DNA of 62,971 bases, counting the filler, from Welwitschia mirabilis (Eukaryota): assembly GCA_051453625.1 (NCBI GenBank). It is 6 parts of one record of this genome, joined end to end, with 100 filler letters (N's around TTAATTAATTAA, not from the genome) between each part and the next. Parts side by side here need not be neighbours in the genome. Positions count along the whole stretch, not along the records: positions 1 to 20,119 come from JBOZIK010000001.1; positions 20,220 to 24,345 come from JBOZIK010000001.1; 4 more parts are not named here. One strand, written 5' to 3'. The position numbers and the translations under genes were made by a program. Positions 12,701 to 24,345 of this stretch are shown in pieces. The notes under the pieces were generated by a model. It did not search any database, had not been told where the DNA came from, and was given only the letters and a program-made list of their open reading frames with translations. Position 1 is the first letter of the stretch. Each line of letters opens with the position of its first letter.

Positions 12701-14883
12701 ATAATAAATGATGTATTTTAACACAACTCAGCAAAATGGAGTTGCAGAAAGGAAGTTGGCACATCTCATTTCAATAAGTCTTTCATGGATACATGATAAG
12801 AATCTTTCTAGAGAACTTTGGACAGAAGCAGTTTAATGTGCATGCTATGTAATCAATTGGTTACCTCCATGGCCAAGTAAAGAAAAAGCTCCTTTTGAGA
12901 TATTATATAATGAAAATCCAAATGTAAATTATTTTCGGGTATTTGGTTCTATATGCTATGTTCATATTCCTGAAACTAATCAAACCAAACTTGACTCAAA
13001 AGCAAAGAAATGCATCTTTATTGGCTATGACACACGCAGGAAAGGGTGGAGATGTATGAATCCAATGACAAAGAAATTTGTTACATCCAAAGATGTCATG
13101 TTTAATGAAGTGTCATCATGGCATTATTCTTAGAAATTAAGACCAAAATTTGCTACTCTTACTGATGGTCCAAATAATTTTGAGTTGTTTCCTCAAGATA
13201 ATGATAAGATAATGATGACTTTAGACATCAAGGAAGTGCTAAATCTCTAGACTCAAGAATGAACACTTCAAGAACTGATGATGGTAAGAAAACAATTAGA
13301 AGATCTTCAAGGGAGAAAAGATAACCAGATCATCTGAAAGATTATGAAGTGCAATTGAATCATTATAATGTCACCTCATGCTTCTTTATTGAAGGATCAA
13401 GTGATGGAGAACCAATGTGTTATGAGAAGGTAGAAGGTTGTCTCGAATGGGAATAAGCAATACAAGATGAGATTGAAGCCTTAAGAAGAAATGATACATG
13501 GAAGCTTGTACCAAAACTAGAAAATTGCAAACCAGTCACTTGCAAAAGGGTATATCGATTGTAGAAAAAATTAGATAACACAATTGATAGATACAAAGCC
13601 CATCTCATTACTCATAATTTTTCTGAAAGCTATGGGTTAAATTATGAAGATACCTTTAGTCCGGTGGCAAAAATGGTGATAGTGAAAATAATCTTTGCTC
13701 TTGCTGCATTTAGAAGTTGAGAGCTATGGCAACTTGATGCAAACAATGCATTTCTTTATGGTGAGCTGGATCATGAGGTGCTCATGGAATAACCCCAAGG
13801 ATTTATTTCGAAGTAATTTCCTCATCATGTTTGTAGACTGAAAAAGGTATTGTATGATTTCAAACAAGCACCATATGCTTGGTATGATAAAATTTCTCAA
13901 TATCTCATCTTTCACATATTTATTGTTTCTGATTCAGATTCTAGTTTATTTGTTAAATTATAATCAAACATGCACTTGTTGGTTTATTATATGTTGACAA
14001 CATAATAATTACTGGAGACAATGAAGCCAAAATTTCTTGCTTGAGAAACAATTTGTCAATTTATTTTGAAATGAAAAATTTGGAAGAAGTTGGATGTTTT
14101 CTTGGTCTAGAAGTGGAGAAATAGATCGTGGATACTTTATATCTCAAAGAAGATATGCAAAGAATCTGTTGGAGAATTTTGGAATAAGGAGTCTAAAGTA
14201 ATTTATTGGTAGCTTAATTTATTTAATAATTACTAGCCCATAAATTGCATATTCTATCAGTGTCATATCTTAGTTTATGTAGAGTCCAAGAACTCCTCAT
14301 TTAGATGCTACTAAGAGAATTTTATGTTACATAAAAGGTTCTCTTGGTTATGGCCTTATGTATAAGAAGGGAGATGATTTTCTGTTAAGAGGTTATACTG
14401 ACATAGATTGGATAGGTGATGTGGATGATTGTCATTCAACTTCAAGATACTGTTTCAGCACTGGTGCGACTATAATTTCATGGTGTAGTAAGAAGCAATC
14501 AACTATTGCACTATCAAGTACTAAAGCTAAGTCCATGGTAGCAATAATGGCAATACAAGAATGTATCTGGTTAAAGCGTTGAATAGTAGACATCTTTTGT
14601 AAGATCAATTACGTAGTACTAATTAAATGTGACAATAAGAGTCCCATCAAACTTAATTCAAATCCAAATATTTCATGGGAAAACAAAACATATTAAAGTT
14701 CATCACCATTTTGTTCAAGAGAAATTTTTGAATCAAGAAATTGAGTTGAATGGAGTTCATACTAGTGATGAGGTTGCTGATATATTTACAAAGGCTTTAG
14801 CTAAGCCTAAGTTTAAAAGCTTCATAGCTGCTCTTGGAATCATTGATAGTAAGTATGCACTAAGGGGGAGTGTGGAAAATTAG
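9743..14883 (+). pseudogene. Copia gag-pol pseudogene
   Basis: GIEKLVGTNYKYWRMC (gag), CYKCRKLGHIKRNC, WIIDSSCSHH (PR), FELVHIDLMG and TTQQNGVAERK (INT), WQLDANNAFLYGEL (RT), SWCSKKQ and HIKVHHHFV..ADIFTKAL (RH); many stops. Confidence 0.95.
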
Positions 14884-15171
14884 TGCATCCTACTAAGTGA
14901 ATTTACTATTATTCTTTTAGTTTTTCTGTTCCTATTTTTTTGTATAATATCTATTCAAAGCTTAAGTGTCAATAAAAGAGAAGTTTGCTCTATTTTGGTA
15001 GGATTTTTTGTAACTTCTTTCTAAGAGAATTTGTTATTTTCTGAATCTATAAATTCAGCATCAAATGTATTATTTTGTATCTAAAATAATAAGGATCAGT
15101 TCATTCTCCAAATACTAGTTTAATTATCTGTGTGTTTTAATAAGTTTTCATTTACTTTCTCTTTTGTTACA
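14871..15171 (+). repeat. 3' LTR of Copia
   Basis: TG...CA, preceded by PPT, followed by TSD TGATG. Confidence 0.95.
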
Positions 15172-15239
15172 TGATGTATAGCTACTAGATAATGCACTCT
15201 TCCATTCTGTATGCTTTGTGAAAGAAATATAGTCAGAGC

Positions 15240-15593
15240 ATGGGTTCTAATGAAGACAGTCTATTCCAAAACAATTTGGTTAAATGTTCTAGACAAGATT
15301 CTAATAATTGGTCATCTGCTCCTATTGCTTCTCATACAAAGAAAAGCAAAAAAAGTACTATCATTTTAAGGCTGGATGACATGTCGAATAAATCTAGTAA
15401 CATTTCATTTGATAAGTCAATGTCACAGAAGAGAAATATAAGCAATTGATCATGTGATTCAAGGGACATCAACGAGTCTAGTTTCAGAGATTTACCTATA
15501 GAAATTCAACAGGAACTATAGAGTAACTTCAAGCTTAAGTGTTTAAGAACTCTCAAACATCCAACAATAGGAGATTATTTAAAATTCGTTTAA
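15240..15593 (+). pseudogene. POLH: DNA polymerase eta (Y-family) C-terminal fragment with ubiquitin-binding motif and PIP-like tail
   Basis: One frame: ...KKSTIILRL...N*SCDSRDINESSFRDLPIEIQQEL*SNFKLKCLRTLKHPTIGDYLKFV*, recalled as similar to the plant Pol eta C-terminus (W....EID.SVF.ELP.EIQ.EL...SI.HYF). Confidence 0.7.
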
Positions 15594-15609
15594 CATTATT
15601 ACAGGATTA

Positions 15610-15846
15610 GGTGGAGTGCCTATATTAGTTAGGATGTTAGATTCTGGTATTGTCGAAATAAGAGATAAAGCAACCGCTATAGTTAGCATCATAGCAAAGA
15701 TTGACAGCGGTGAATAGCTTTTGGTATTAGAAGGTTCTATACCCTCTTTAATTAGGATTATGGAGCCTAGTACTTCTATAGCTAAATAAAATGCAGTAAC
15801 AGCTCTTTAAGCATTAAGTGACACACCTAAAAATGCAATGTCTATT
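15610..15846 (+). pseudogene. Armadillo-repeat protein fragment
   Basis: GGVPILVRMLDSGIVEIRDKATAIVSIIAKIDSGE*LLVLEGSIPSLIRIMEPSTSIAK*NAVTAL*ALSDTPKNAMSI: two plant ARM repeats with stops. Confidence 0.85.
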
Positions 15847-17587
15847 CTATAAGGCTTTGTACTTTGGATAAATAGAATATTAAGTCTTTGCATTGACTTT
15901 GCTGAAGGACGGTTCCCTTCTTGATCTTCTCTTGCAACTGTGGTTGCTTCCCTTTATAGTGATTCATTGTTTTCTAGATGTAGTTGGGCTGATTTTTCTA
16001 CTACTGTATAGATACCAAAAATATCACATTATTTTTAATTTTTTTAATGCAATTTGTATCAACCTTTGGTAATTCTGCTATCACTTCATTTTGCAGCAAA
16101 GCTACGAAGTAATAAGAGAAAGAAATTAAAAGAAAAAGAGGAGTCATGATCGAAAGCAGAAGACACAAGCATAGAGTTCTATTTATGTGTCTCCTTCATC
16201 CTTAAGTACTCCTTGCAAATGCCTTAAAAAAATGAATAGAAAAATGACCACACAGTCGATTCGCATAGTGAACCTAAAAGTAGAGCAATTAGGGAAGGAC
16301 ATAACATAAAGATTCAAATGGATCTAGAGCTATATGACATTTCCATCACTCTGATTGTTCTTCATTTCACTCATTCTCGTTAGCATGAGCACTAACAAGA
16401 TGATAAATTTCATGAAGAGGGATCAATGTTTGACAGTTTGTACAAGAGAGAGATATGTAAATTTAAATCAAAGTTTACATTTGCAATTGCTAGGCTTTTA
16501 ACTTTAGACACATATATTTTATTGTTACTCATCATTTTTATATGTGTAAAGATGATAGATTTATCTTTTATCTGATGGACTGTCTTCAATTTTTGGGGTC
16601 TCAACTTTAGATGCATACACATTTCATTGTTTTTAAAAAAAATTAAAACTAAATTAAAAAAATAAATTTAAAAAAAGAAAAAAATAAAGATTAAAAAAAT
16701 AATAAGAGGAGTAAACAGGATTAACAAATAGTCTTTTAAAATACCTCCCTATAGTTGCACCCTTTTTGACATGGGACAAAGGATGAATCTCATGTCAAAA
16801 AATATAAAAGACAGGCACATTTCGCGATCAAGGCTTACACATGCATAAGTTACTCTTGCTGTGATCATGAAAATTAAGATGGTGTGGCATAGATGGAATA
16901 AATGGTAAAGATGGAGTGTGAACAAAACTTAGATGTGTATATGAAAGAAATGAAGAACACATTATGGATGATTATGAATATTATGAAGGAATGGGTTTAA
17001 TTAAATGAAATAAAAACAAGTTAAAATAACTACATGATAAAAAGGATTTGGGTATCGAAAATTCACAGGTTAACTAAGAACTAGAATTAGCCTTAAATAA
17101 ACTTATGAGTAAATGCAAAGAACAACTTTGATGTAATTAATTTTAGATATTATAAAAATATTAAGTCTTATTTACTAAAAAAAAGTCTTCAGAATTGTTA
17201 GTATTGCAATTTGATTATTAGCCAAAAACATTGTAGAACTTTATCTTAAGTATCTAATTCTACTTATGAAAATATATGCATGCTTTAAAGTATCATCTTT
17301 ATTCAACTAAGCACATTCAAATATTTTTCAAATTCAAAGCTTTTAAATAATTACATTTTAGGCATGATACGATTGATGCAAAATTTAATACTATCAGAAA
17401 GGTACAAATTGTAAAATCATATTAAACAAATTAGATGAAGGTACTAGGTAAAACTCAATTAACCAAAACTCATTTAACGTCACGAAAAATTATCACAATA
17501 GCTTTGGCGCTAGAATAAGGTACTAGGTAAAACTGCGATCATCCAAAATCATAGATTTCACTTTGTGAAAAATTATTGTAACAGTTT

Positions 17588-17604
17588 TGGCACTAAAAAG
17601 AGAG
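17588..17604 (+). promoter_or_regulatory. Primer binding site (tRNA-Asn type, decayed)
   Basis: TGGCACTAAAAAGAGAG after ...GTAACA-GTTT; consensus with LTR-internal copies TGGCGCTAGAAGGAGGG, recalled as complementary to the plant tRNA-Asn(GUU) 3' end. Confidence 0.7.
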
Positions 17605-18199
17605 CTCCTGATGTATGTCTTTTATCGCTTTCTTAATTGTTTTTTAATCATATTTATTTTACCCTTTATCTTTTACTACCATCTTGTCACACCCCATAAC
17701 AGCCATAATGCCAATGTTAACTTGCGGGAAAAAGGCCTACATTTTTGAAGATAAGTACAATGTACTCATTCAATAATATCCTTCAACCTTCATCCCTGAT
17801 CAACTTTGTACCATGAATGATTATAGGAGTTATTAGAAAAACTACCTGATCCATCCCACTAAAGGAATACAATCATTAGTCATTAGGAAACTTATTGTCA
17901 GATGATGAAAATAAGGTTCTCTCTGAGGACCCTTTTTCCCAAAAATATGAGGAAAATCAAGAGTTCATAAACAAATGGGATCATGACAAAAAAAATCAAA
18001 ACATCACAAAAACTTTAACTACAAATTACACAGAAGGATTATGACAATAATATCTTGTTTGAGCATGAAATAAATGATTAGGAACCACCGAAAACTTAAT
18101 GACCTAAGGATGAAAAACCACCAATTCAATCAACTAAATTTAATATGATTTAGGAGGTCATCAATGACATTAAACGAGGCCTTTAAGACAAGAAAAATT

Positions 18200-18509
18200 A
18201 CCTCAACATAGACTTTGATGATATACCAATTCACCCTTTTGTCCATCGCAAAATCATTTCGCCTAGTAAAATGCCTAACTTCGAGAAATTCACAGGTATT
18301 AAAGATCTTCTTCTTCATATTAAAAACTTTAAACACTCTTGCTATATGTACAACATAGAGCGAAACATAGCATGTTATTTATTTTGTTAATCTCTTAGAT
18401 GACAAGCTCTTGAATGATACCATCTTCTACCAACTCACTCCATTCCAAGTCTAAAATAATTCTTCAAAATTTTTGTACAACATTACTCAATCAACATTAT
18501 GAAATGTAT
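18200..18509 (+). pseudogene. Tat-like gag, first part
   Basis: KMPNFEKFTGIKDLLLHIKNFK...LF.*SLR*QALE*Y...FVQHYSINI, retrotransposon gag motif. Confidence 0.75.
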
Positions 18510-18659
18510 TGTTAAATTATATTTGCTAATTGATGTCAAACTAATTTCTCTTATGTATTGCAAATTGTTACCTATTATGTGCAGATGAGATTGAGCTTTG
18601 TAGGTGAAAGAATTAGAGAAAAATGCACCAGAAAAACTGCTCAGTTATGTTTACTCCTA

Positions 18660-19062
18660 GAGAGATCGACCAGATTCTGAAGGGGTTGACAGGCCTGTGA
18701 TCTTAAGAGCTAGTATCCCTGAACTAAATGGAAAGGGGTTGATCAAATATTCATGGGGTCGATCAGATTTGAGGAACTAATAGGCAATAGTCCTGGACTG
18801 AGAGGAAAGGGATCAACCAGATTTTCATGGAGTCGATCGGATCTAAGAAGCTGATAGTCCATAGTTCTAGACTACACACAAGTGATCGATCAAACCTAGA
18901 ANNNNNNNNNNNNNNNNNNNNNNNNNNNNNNNNNNNNNNNNNNNNNNNNNNNNNNNNNNNNNNNNNNNNNNNNNNNNNNNNNNNNNNNNNNNNNNNNNNN
19001 NCCTAGAATGGGGTTGACTGACTTCTCATGAAGTCGACTGGATTTTTGTGGGGTCGACTAGA
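18660..19062 (+). repeat. Degenerate array of GGTCGACC-type palindromic motifs in the SIRE-like LTR U3
   Basis: About 10 variants (gatcgacc, gttgac, gtcgatc, gtcgact) spaced about 20/47 bp; also at about 25790-26080. Confidence 0.8.
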
Positions 19063-20119
19063 TGGTGCTGAAAAGCAAAAGTTGTAAACGTTATGTATCC
19101 ATTACCTAGCCATTACCTAGTCATTTTCTAGCCGTTTATAGCCATTGGAGGTGTAATTCATTTATAATAAACTCCAATAACCCTCCATTATAAATAGCTA
19201 GCTAATAGATAACCTAAAAATCTTTTTGGAACTATTTTAAATTAGCATATTCATTGTGGACCTGAAAGATCAAGTGGTTTTATTATTGGCACATCATTGT
19301 ATTAATTCTTATCTAATTGAGGAGATTTATCCTTGGCAAAAGAACTACACTTAGAATCAGATCTAAGAGCTTCATCATTGTGATCTACTAGAGAAGAGCT
19401 CCATTCATTGTACTGATACTAGATGTGTAATATCTGAGCTATCAAGGTTGCATTGCATCACATCTATTGTTTTCAGAGGTTGAGACTTAGCCTACAAAAA
19501 GTCCATTGATAAGGTTGAGACTTATCTTGTAAAAGTCTACTTGTAAAGATTACAGGTAAACTTAGCAAAACCTATGGAGTAACAAGAGATCTGAGATCAA
19601 GCTTGGGAGGAGCAAATCATTGAGAGTGAACTAGGGAAGTTCCCAAACCACTATAAACCCTGTGTGCATCTAAATTAATAGTTTATGTTTTTCTGTCTTT
19701 TGATTCTTACATTTAGTTTTTCTTTTCTTGTATGCACATTATTGATTTAATTATTTTTACATGTAAACTAAGATTATATGCCTTTAATTTGATTTGAGCT
19801 TAAGTTTTTAAAAGAACCTATTTACCCCATCTAGGGCTCTCGATCCTATCATTTGATATCAGAGTAAGGTTAAGTCACTTTTTAGGTCTTAACTAATCTA
19901 GACTTAGAACCCTTCAATGGATACTCTCTTTAATAAATTTTTTATCATGCCCTCCCTAAATACCTATGTCTGTAACTATTTTCTTTGGATAGTGTATGGT
20001 TATATGTTTAAATTAATTGCAGAAAGAAAAGACTCATAGGGATCAAGTAAAAGAGACAAAAGAAATGCTCCAGAACTTGATAGAGAAAGGAAGTTCTCCT
20101 TTATGGCTTTTGTGCCACC

Positions 20120-20219
20120 NNNNNNNNNNNNNNNNNNNNNNNNNNNNNNNNNNNNNNNNNNNNTTAATTAATTAANNNNNNNNNNNNNNNNNNNNNNNNN
20201 NNNNNNNNNNNNNNNNNNN
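20120..20219. other. Artificial scaffold spacer N44-TTAATTAATTAA-N44 (also 24346-24445, 43802-43901, 58276-58375, 61321-61420)
   Basis: Identical 100-bp construct five times; the 12-mer has stops in all six frames. Confidence 0.97.
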
Positions 20220-23200
20220 AAGTAAAGTCACAAAGAAGTGGCAACTCAGGGAAAACGTTTAATAAAAGTAAGAGAGAATAGTGTCATCCTTATGGTCATC
20301 CAGACAAAGGAGGAGACGACAAGAACTAATAATTAGAACTCTAGATCTACTCTAGTTTAACTGTTGATGATCTGCTTGTGAAGTGCTATCGTCTAGTTTG
20401 GAGATGTTGTGTGCTTGTGACATCTGGATGATTATGTGGACGATGATGTCTAGTAGATAGATCTTAATTCGACTGCAAGTTATCTATATGTGAACTCTAT
20501 TATTGCTCAATTGAAGTTGTTATCCTAATGGTCGTCCGGATGATATTAGAGACGATAGTATTTTCTTGATCTTTAGTTAGNNNNNNNNNNNNNNNNNNNN
20601 NNNNNNNNNNNNNNNNNNNNNNNNNNNNNNNNNNNNNNNNNNNNNNNNAAGAATCATTATCTGAAATAATATGTGTCTGTATCTGCATGAAATGCTTGTG
20701 TTTAATCTGGAATTTATATGTTTTTGTCTTATTCATCTTGATTCTCTATTTTCATAGGAACTAATCATTTATTTATCAATTCACCTGCAAAACAACTCAT
20801 AATATCCTATAAAATACACATAAGTTGGCAGTGCAACATAGCCCTCCACTTACCCTTGTCAGTCCCTGACAAAACCAGACAGTAAACCATATTTACAAGC
20901 CAACTTTTAGATAATAAAAATAGCTAGGATATCTAAAGAAAGTATCTGAGAAAGATATATAACATAAGCTGACAATAGACCAAATGTTTGAAAAATTCAA
21001 AACGGGATGAGATATACCTGCTAATGCATTAGAAATGGGTTGTCCAGTTATGTCGTCTGAACAATAATGGGGATGACAGGTTCTTTAAAAGATCTTCGAA
21101 AATTGAAACCTGTGAAGAAATTAATTTTTTTGTTAATTAAATAATACTGATAATCAACTAGAAAATTATAACAAGCATCCCCTCACTGTGATAAACAGTC
21201 AAATAAAAAGACATGATCAAAACACAATGTAATCCTCATCATAAAAATTGAAAAATAACCATGTAAAAATAATCAAACAGAAGCTTACATCATGCTAAAG
21301 AAAAATGATAGGTTTATATATAATAATGAGAGTTTTTTAATACAAAAGTACAAAAAGGAGAAATACAAAATATAATTTAAAATCACTCCCCTCGTCTATG
21401 CATGATAAATCCTGGGTCAGGAACTGGTATAGGAGCAAGGGGAGAAAAAGGAGGATGATCATGATCTGTGGGGATAAGTTCATTTAGAGATGCTATAATA
21501 AATCGGACTGTCTCATCTCCCTAGACACGTACTAACTCTAGAAGATCTACAGTCACATTCTACTGCATGAAGACAATATGCTGATGCATGTACATGACCT
21601 AATCCTCTAGGTGCTATGTTCTTCTCTCTATAGATGCTATCTGCTACTCAACTCTCTGCTCAAAGGATGTGATCCACTACTCTAATGTCTACATCCTCTG
21701 ATCCATAAATCCTCTGAGGGTCTTGGTACTCTCAGCCAGAAGGGTCTGGATCTACTCTAATGATGCTCCAACTGCAGGTCTCTTTGCCTGAGGTCTCTCT
21801 TCTTCTCCTGGTACTTGTATACCCATATCCTGTAAATAACAAGTAGAAGTCTGTATATGTGAGAAACGTCGCTTACCTATAGGCTCTAGGATCTCGAATC
21901 ATTTGAATAGAGCAGAGAGGAGGCATGGATAGCCAAGTGTCTATAAATGACGTGTCTCAATCATAGATCTAAGTCACCTCTAAATGAAGGTCGATAAGTC
22001 CATCTGCTCCCACTGACGAAAATCTGCCAGAATCTATAGATATGCGACCATAGCATAACTATCATGGTATGATGGACTGATGTTGTGAATCAGTCCTCTG
22101 TGTAAAACACTGTATGTGGTGGTTAGCTAGGTAATATTTACCCCTCATCAATCAGTAGTTATGTTAGTTGAAATATCTAAAATGGTATCATAATATCAAT
22201 GCTCCTTAGTCCCACTAGATGAATAAATATGTAAACTTTCAAGACCTCTGAGATTTGTGATGATTGCGATGTGAGATGGGAGGATAGCAATGTCGTGGTT
22301 TCAAATATATTCAATAATATGATCCTATAGCTATTCATGAATGTCTAGTCTCCTCTCAATATATATGGTGTCGTAAAGCTCTCTCATCTCAGAAACATAT
22401 TATGTACCATGCGCATCTATGATCTGTCTGAGCTGTATGCTTAAGGATCATCCGTGTTAAGGTGGTGGATGTATGTTCTCCTCACGCTGTACCTCAGGCT
22501 AAACCAAAGGGCCTTCTGCCTACTCTACTGATTTAGACAAAGCCTGTGTCTATTTAGTTCTATGTGTACATGGCCTGCTCAACCACAAACACAAAAATCG
22601 TCATGCGAAACTAGATAAACATGATGAAAATATCACATGAATGCGCAATAACTGATCCCATAATCAGAAAAAAATCAAAAATAGTGGAAATATTTCCTAA
22701 CTCCTCCTAAAATGTACAATGCATCTCGAATTGATTAATCATGAAAAAGAAATGGAAAAAATAAAGAAAATTGAAACACGACATATGTAGTGGGTCCCAT
22801 GAGAAGTAAAAAATCGAAGTACTTAAATGAAAAATCTAATCCAGTAAGGTCATAGAGAACATTACACTAATTAATTTTGTCTNNNNNNNNNNNNNNNNNN
22901 NNNNNNNNNNNNNNNNNNNNNNNNNNNNNNNNNNNNNNNNNNNNNNNNNNNNNNNNNNNNNNNNNNNNNNNNNNNNNNNNNNACGAATGCTAGTTGTCTG
23001 TATGCTCAGGGATCGTCTGTGTTGAGGTGGTGGGTGTATGGGTTCTTCACACTGTATCTCAGGCTTAACTAAAGGACTTGCTATCTACTCTACCAACTCA
23101 GATAAAGCCTGTGTCTATGTAGTTCTACATGTATGTGGTCTGCTCAACCGTAAACATAAAACTTATCATGCAAAACCAGATAAACATGAAAACGTCTCAT

Positions 23201-24345
23201 GGATGGGCAATAAATGACCCCATAATTAATAAAAATTATCAAAAATAGTGGGAATATGTCCTACCCCTCCTAAAATATGCAATGCATTCCAAATTGCCTA
23301 ATCTCGAAAAAAGAAATGGCGAAAAATGAAGAAAATCGAAATGCGGCATATGTAGTGGGTCCCATGAGAAGTAAAAAATCGAAGTATTCAAATGAAAAAT
23401 CTAATCCAATAAAGTCATAGAGCATATCACAGTAATCAATTTTTCCTAAAGAATAACTACTATTCGACTTACAGTTTATGAGAAAACGAGTGCGAAAGGT
23501 AAAAACAAGAGAGTTCCTCGTAAAACATGAAAATAATCATAACTCGAAAAATACGCAGTGAAAATCAGATCCATAAGTTTCGAAACATAGATCATNNNNN
23601 NNNNNNNNNNNNNNNNNNNNNNNNNNNNNNNNNNNNTTAACAAATAAGAGAAACAATTAATAACTCAGGAGCAGAGAGAAACATACCTCATTTTTGCAAA
23701 TGTGGCAAAAACTAGCAAATCGGGTAAAGAAATCAGGTGGAACAAGTTCCAAAATATCAGTACTAGCTAAAGGGGTTGTTGTCTCTCAAAAGAACAAATC
23801 AAAAAGATGAGGAAATGAGCAAAACATGAGGAAAAAGGGTTTTGGCCATGGTTATAATGCCTATCGTCCAATCGTGTCGTCCGGACTTCAGTGCAAAGAC
23901 GACTGTCAGAAAAATTCAATTTGTCGTCCTTTATATCATCTTGACGACGAGGTGGACGACTATTCAGTAAAAGGTGTTTCAGAAAAGAAGTGTTAGCCAA
24001 GAGGGCTAGGCTCAGGTAGAATCATAAAAGTGACAGTGTTGAAACAATATAGAGCTGAAAAGCATATTGAAAAGTAAAAACTATGGCGAAAGGAAAATAG
24101 ACTATCTAGGTTGAAAAATTAAAAAAAATACTAGAATGAAAACTACCAAATGAGTAAGTCCTAAGAAAAGAAAAAAATACAAAAATAATTGAAAAATAGT
24201 AGACATGAAAATAAAAGAAAAGTAGAGGAGAAATGGACGCAAGGAACAATAAGAAGAGTGTTTACCTATTCTAAGTACTAACGTAGCAAACTCCAAAGGA
24301 AAACATCATAACACTCCCTAAGTAAAGATGCATGATAAAATGTAT
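20220..24345 (-). mobile_element. Athila-like Gypsy 3' region (extra ORF, PPT, start of 3' LTR) on a linker-bounded scaffold
   Basis: PPT AAGGGTAAGTGGAGGG then LTR start TGTTGCAC at 20838 (minus); LTR resembles 60359-60950; extra ORF 21383-22577. Confidence 0.7.
21383..22577 (-). pseudogene. Env-like/extra ORF of an Athila-like element (~400 codons)
   Basis: Single frame interrupted mainly by C>T-type stops; LIHNISPSYHDS...MDLSTFI...LGYPCLLSALFK motif, coiled-coil heptads, Pro-rich tail. Confidence 0.7.

Larger units (their letters stand above)
9359..15171 (+). mobile_element. Full-length decayed Ty1/copia retrotransposon
   Basis: LTRs 9359-9657 and 14871-15171; PBS TGGTATTAGAGC 9658-9669; PPT AAGGGGGAG 14862-14870; TSD TGATG at 9354-9358 and 15172-15176; domain order gag-PR-INT-RT-RH. 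Confidence 0.97.
7225..16753 (-). mobile_element. Putative long 3' LTR of a Tat-like Gypsy element (~3.7 kb without the nested Copia), carrying gene fragments
   Basis: Follows PPT AAAAAGGGTGCAAC (16754-16767, minus), whose upstream 3'UTR resembles 31210-31310. Same layout as LTR 31311-34301: fragment mosaic, purine-rich block (7500-8000 minus), TATA-like CCTATAGAT (~7382-7390), candidate end ...GGCTTTACA at 7225. Confidence 0.6.

Noticed and set aside
17440-17604. CRISPR-like repeat-spacer reading of the GGTACTAGGTAAAACT repeats
   Set aside because: Only two units, the 'spacers' are homologous to each other, and the context is a eukaryotic LTR end.
20164-20175. Recurring palindromic TTAATTAATTAA motif (five copies)
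   Set aside because: Always centred in a 100-bp N spacer; an assembly linker, not biology.
20220-24345. Athila-like element truly nested inside the SIRE-like element
   Set aside because: The segment is bounded on both sides by scaffold linkers, so placement and orientation are unverified.
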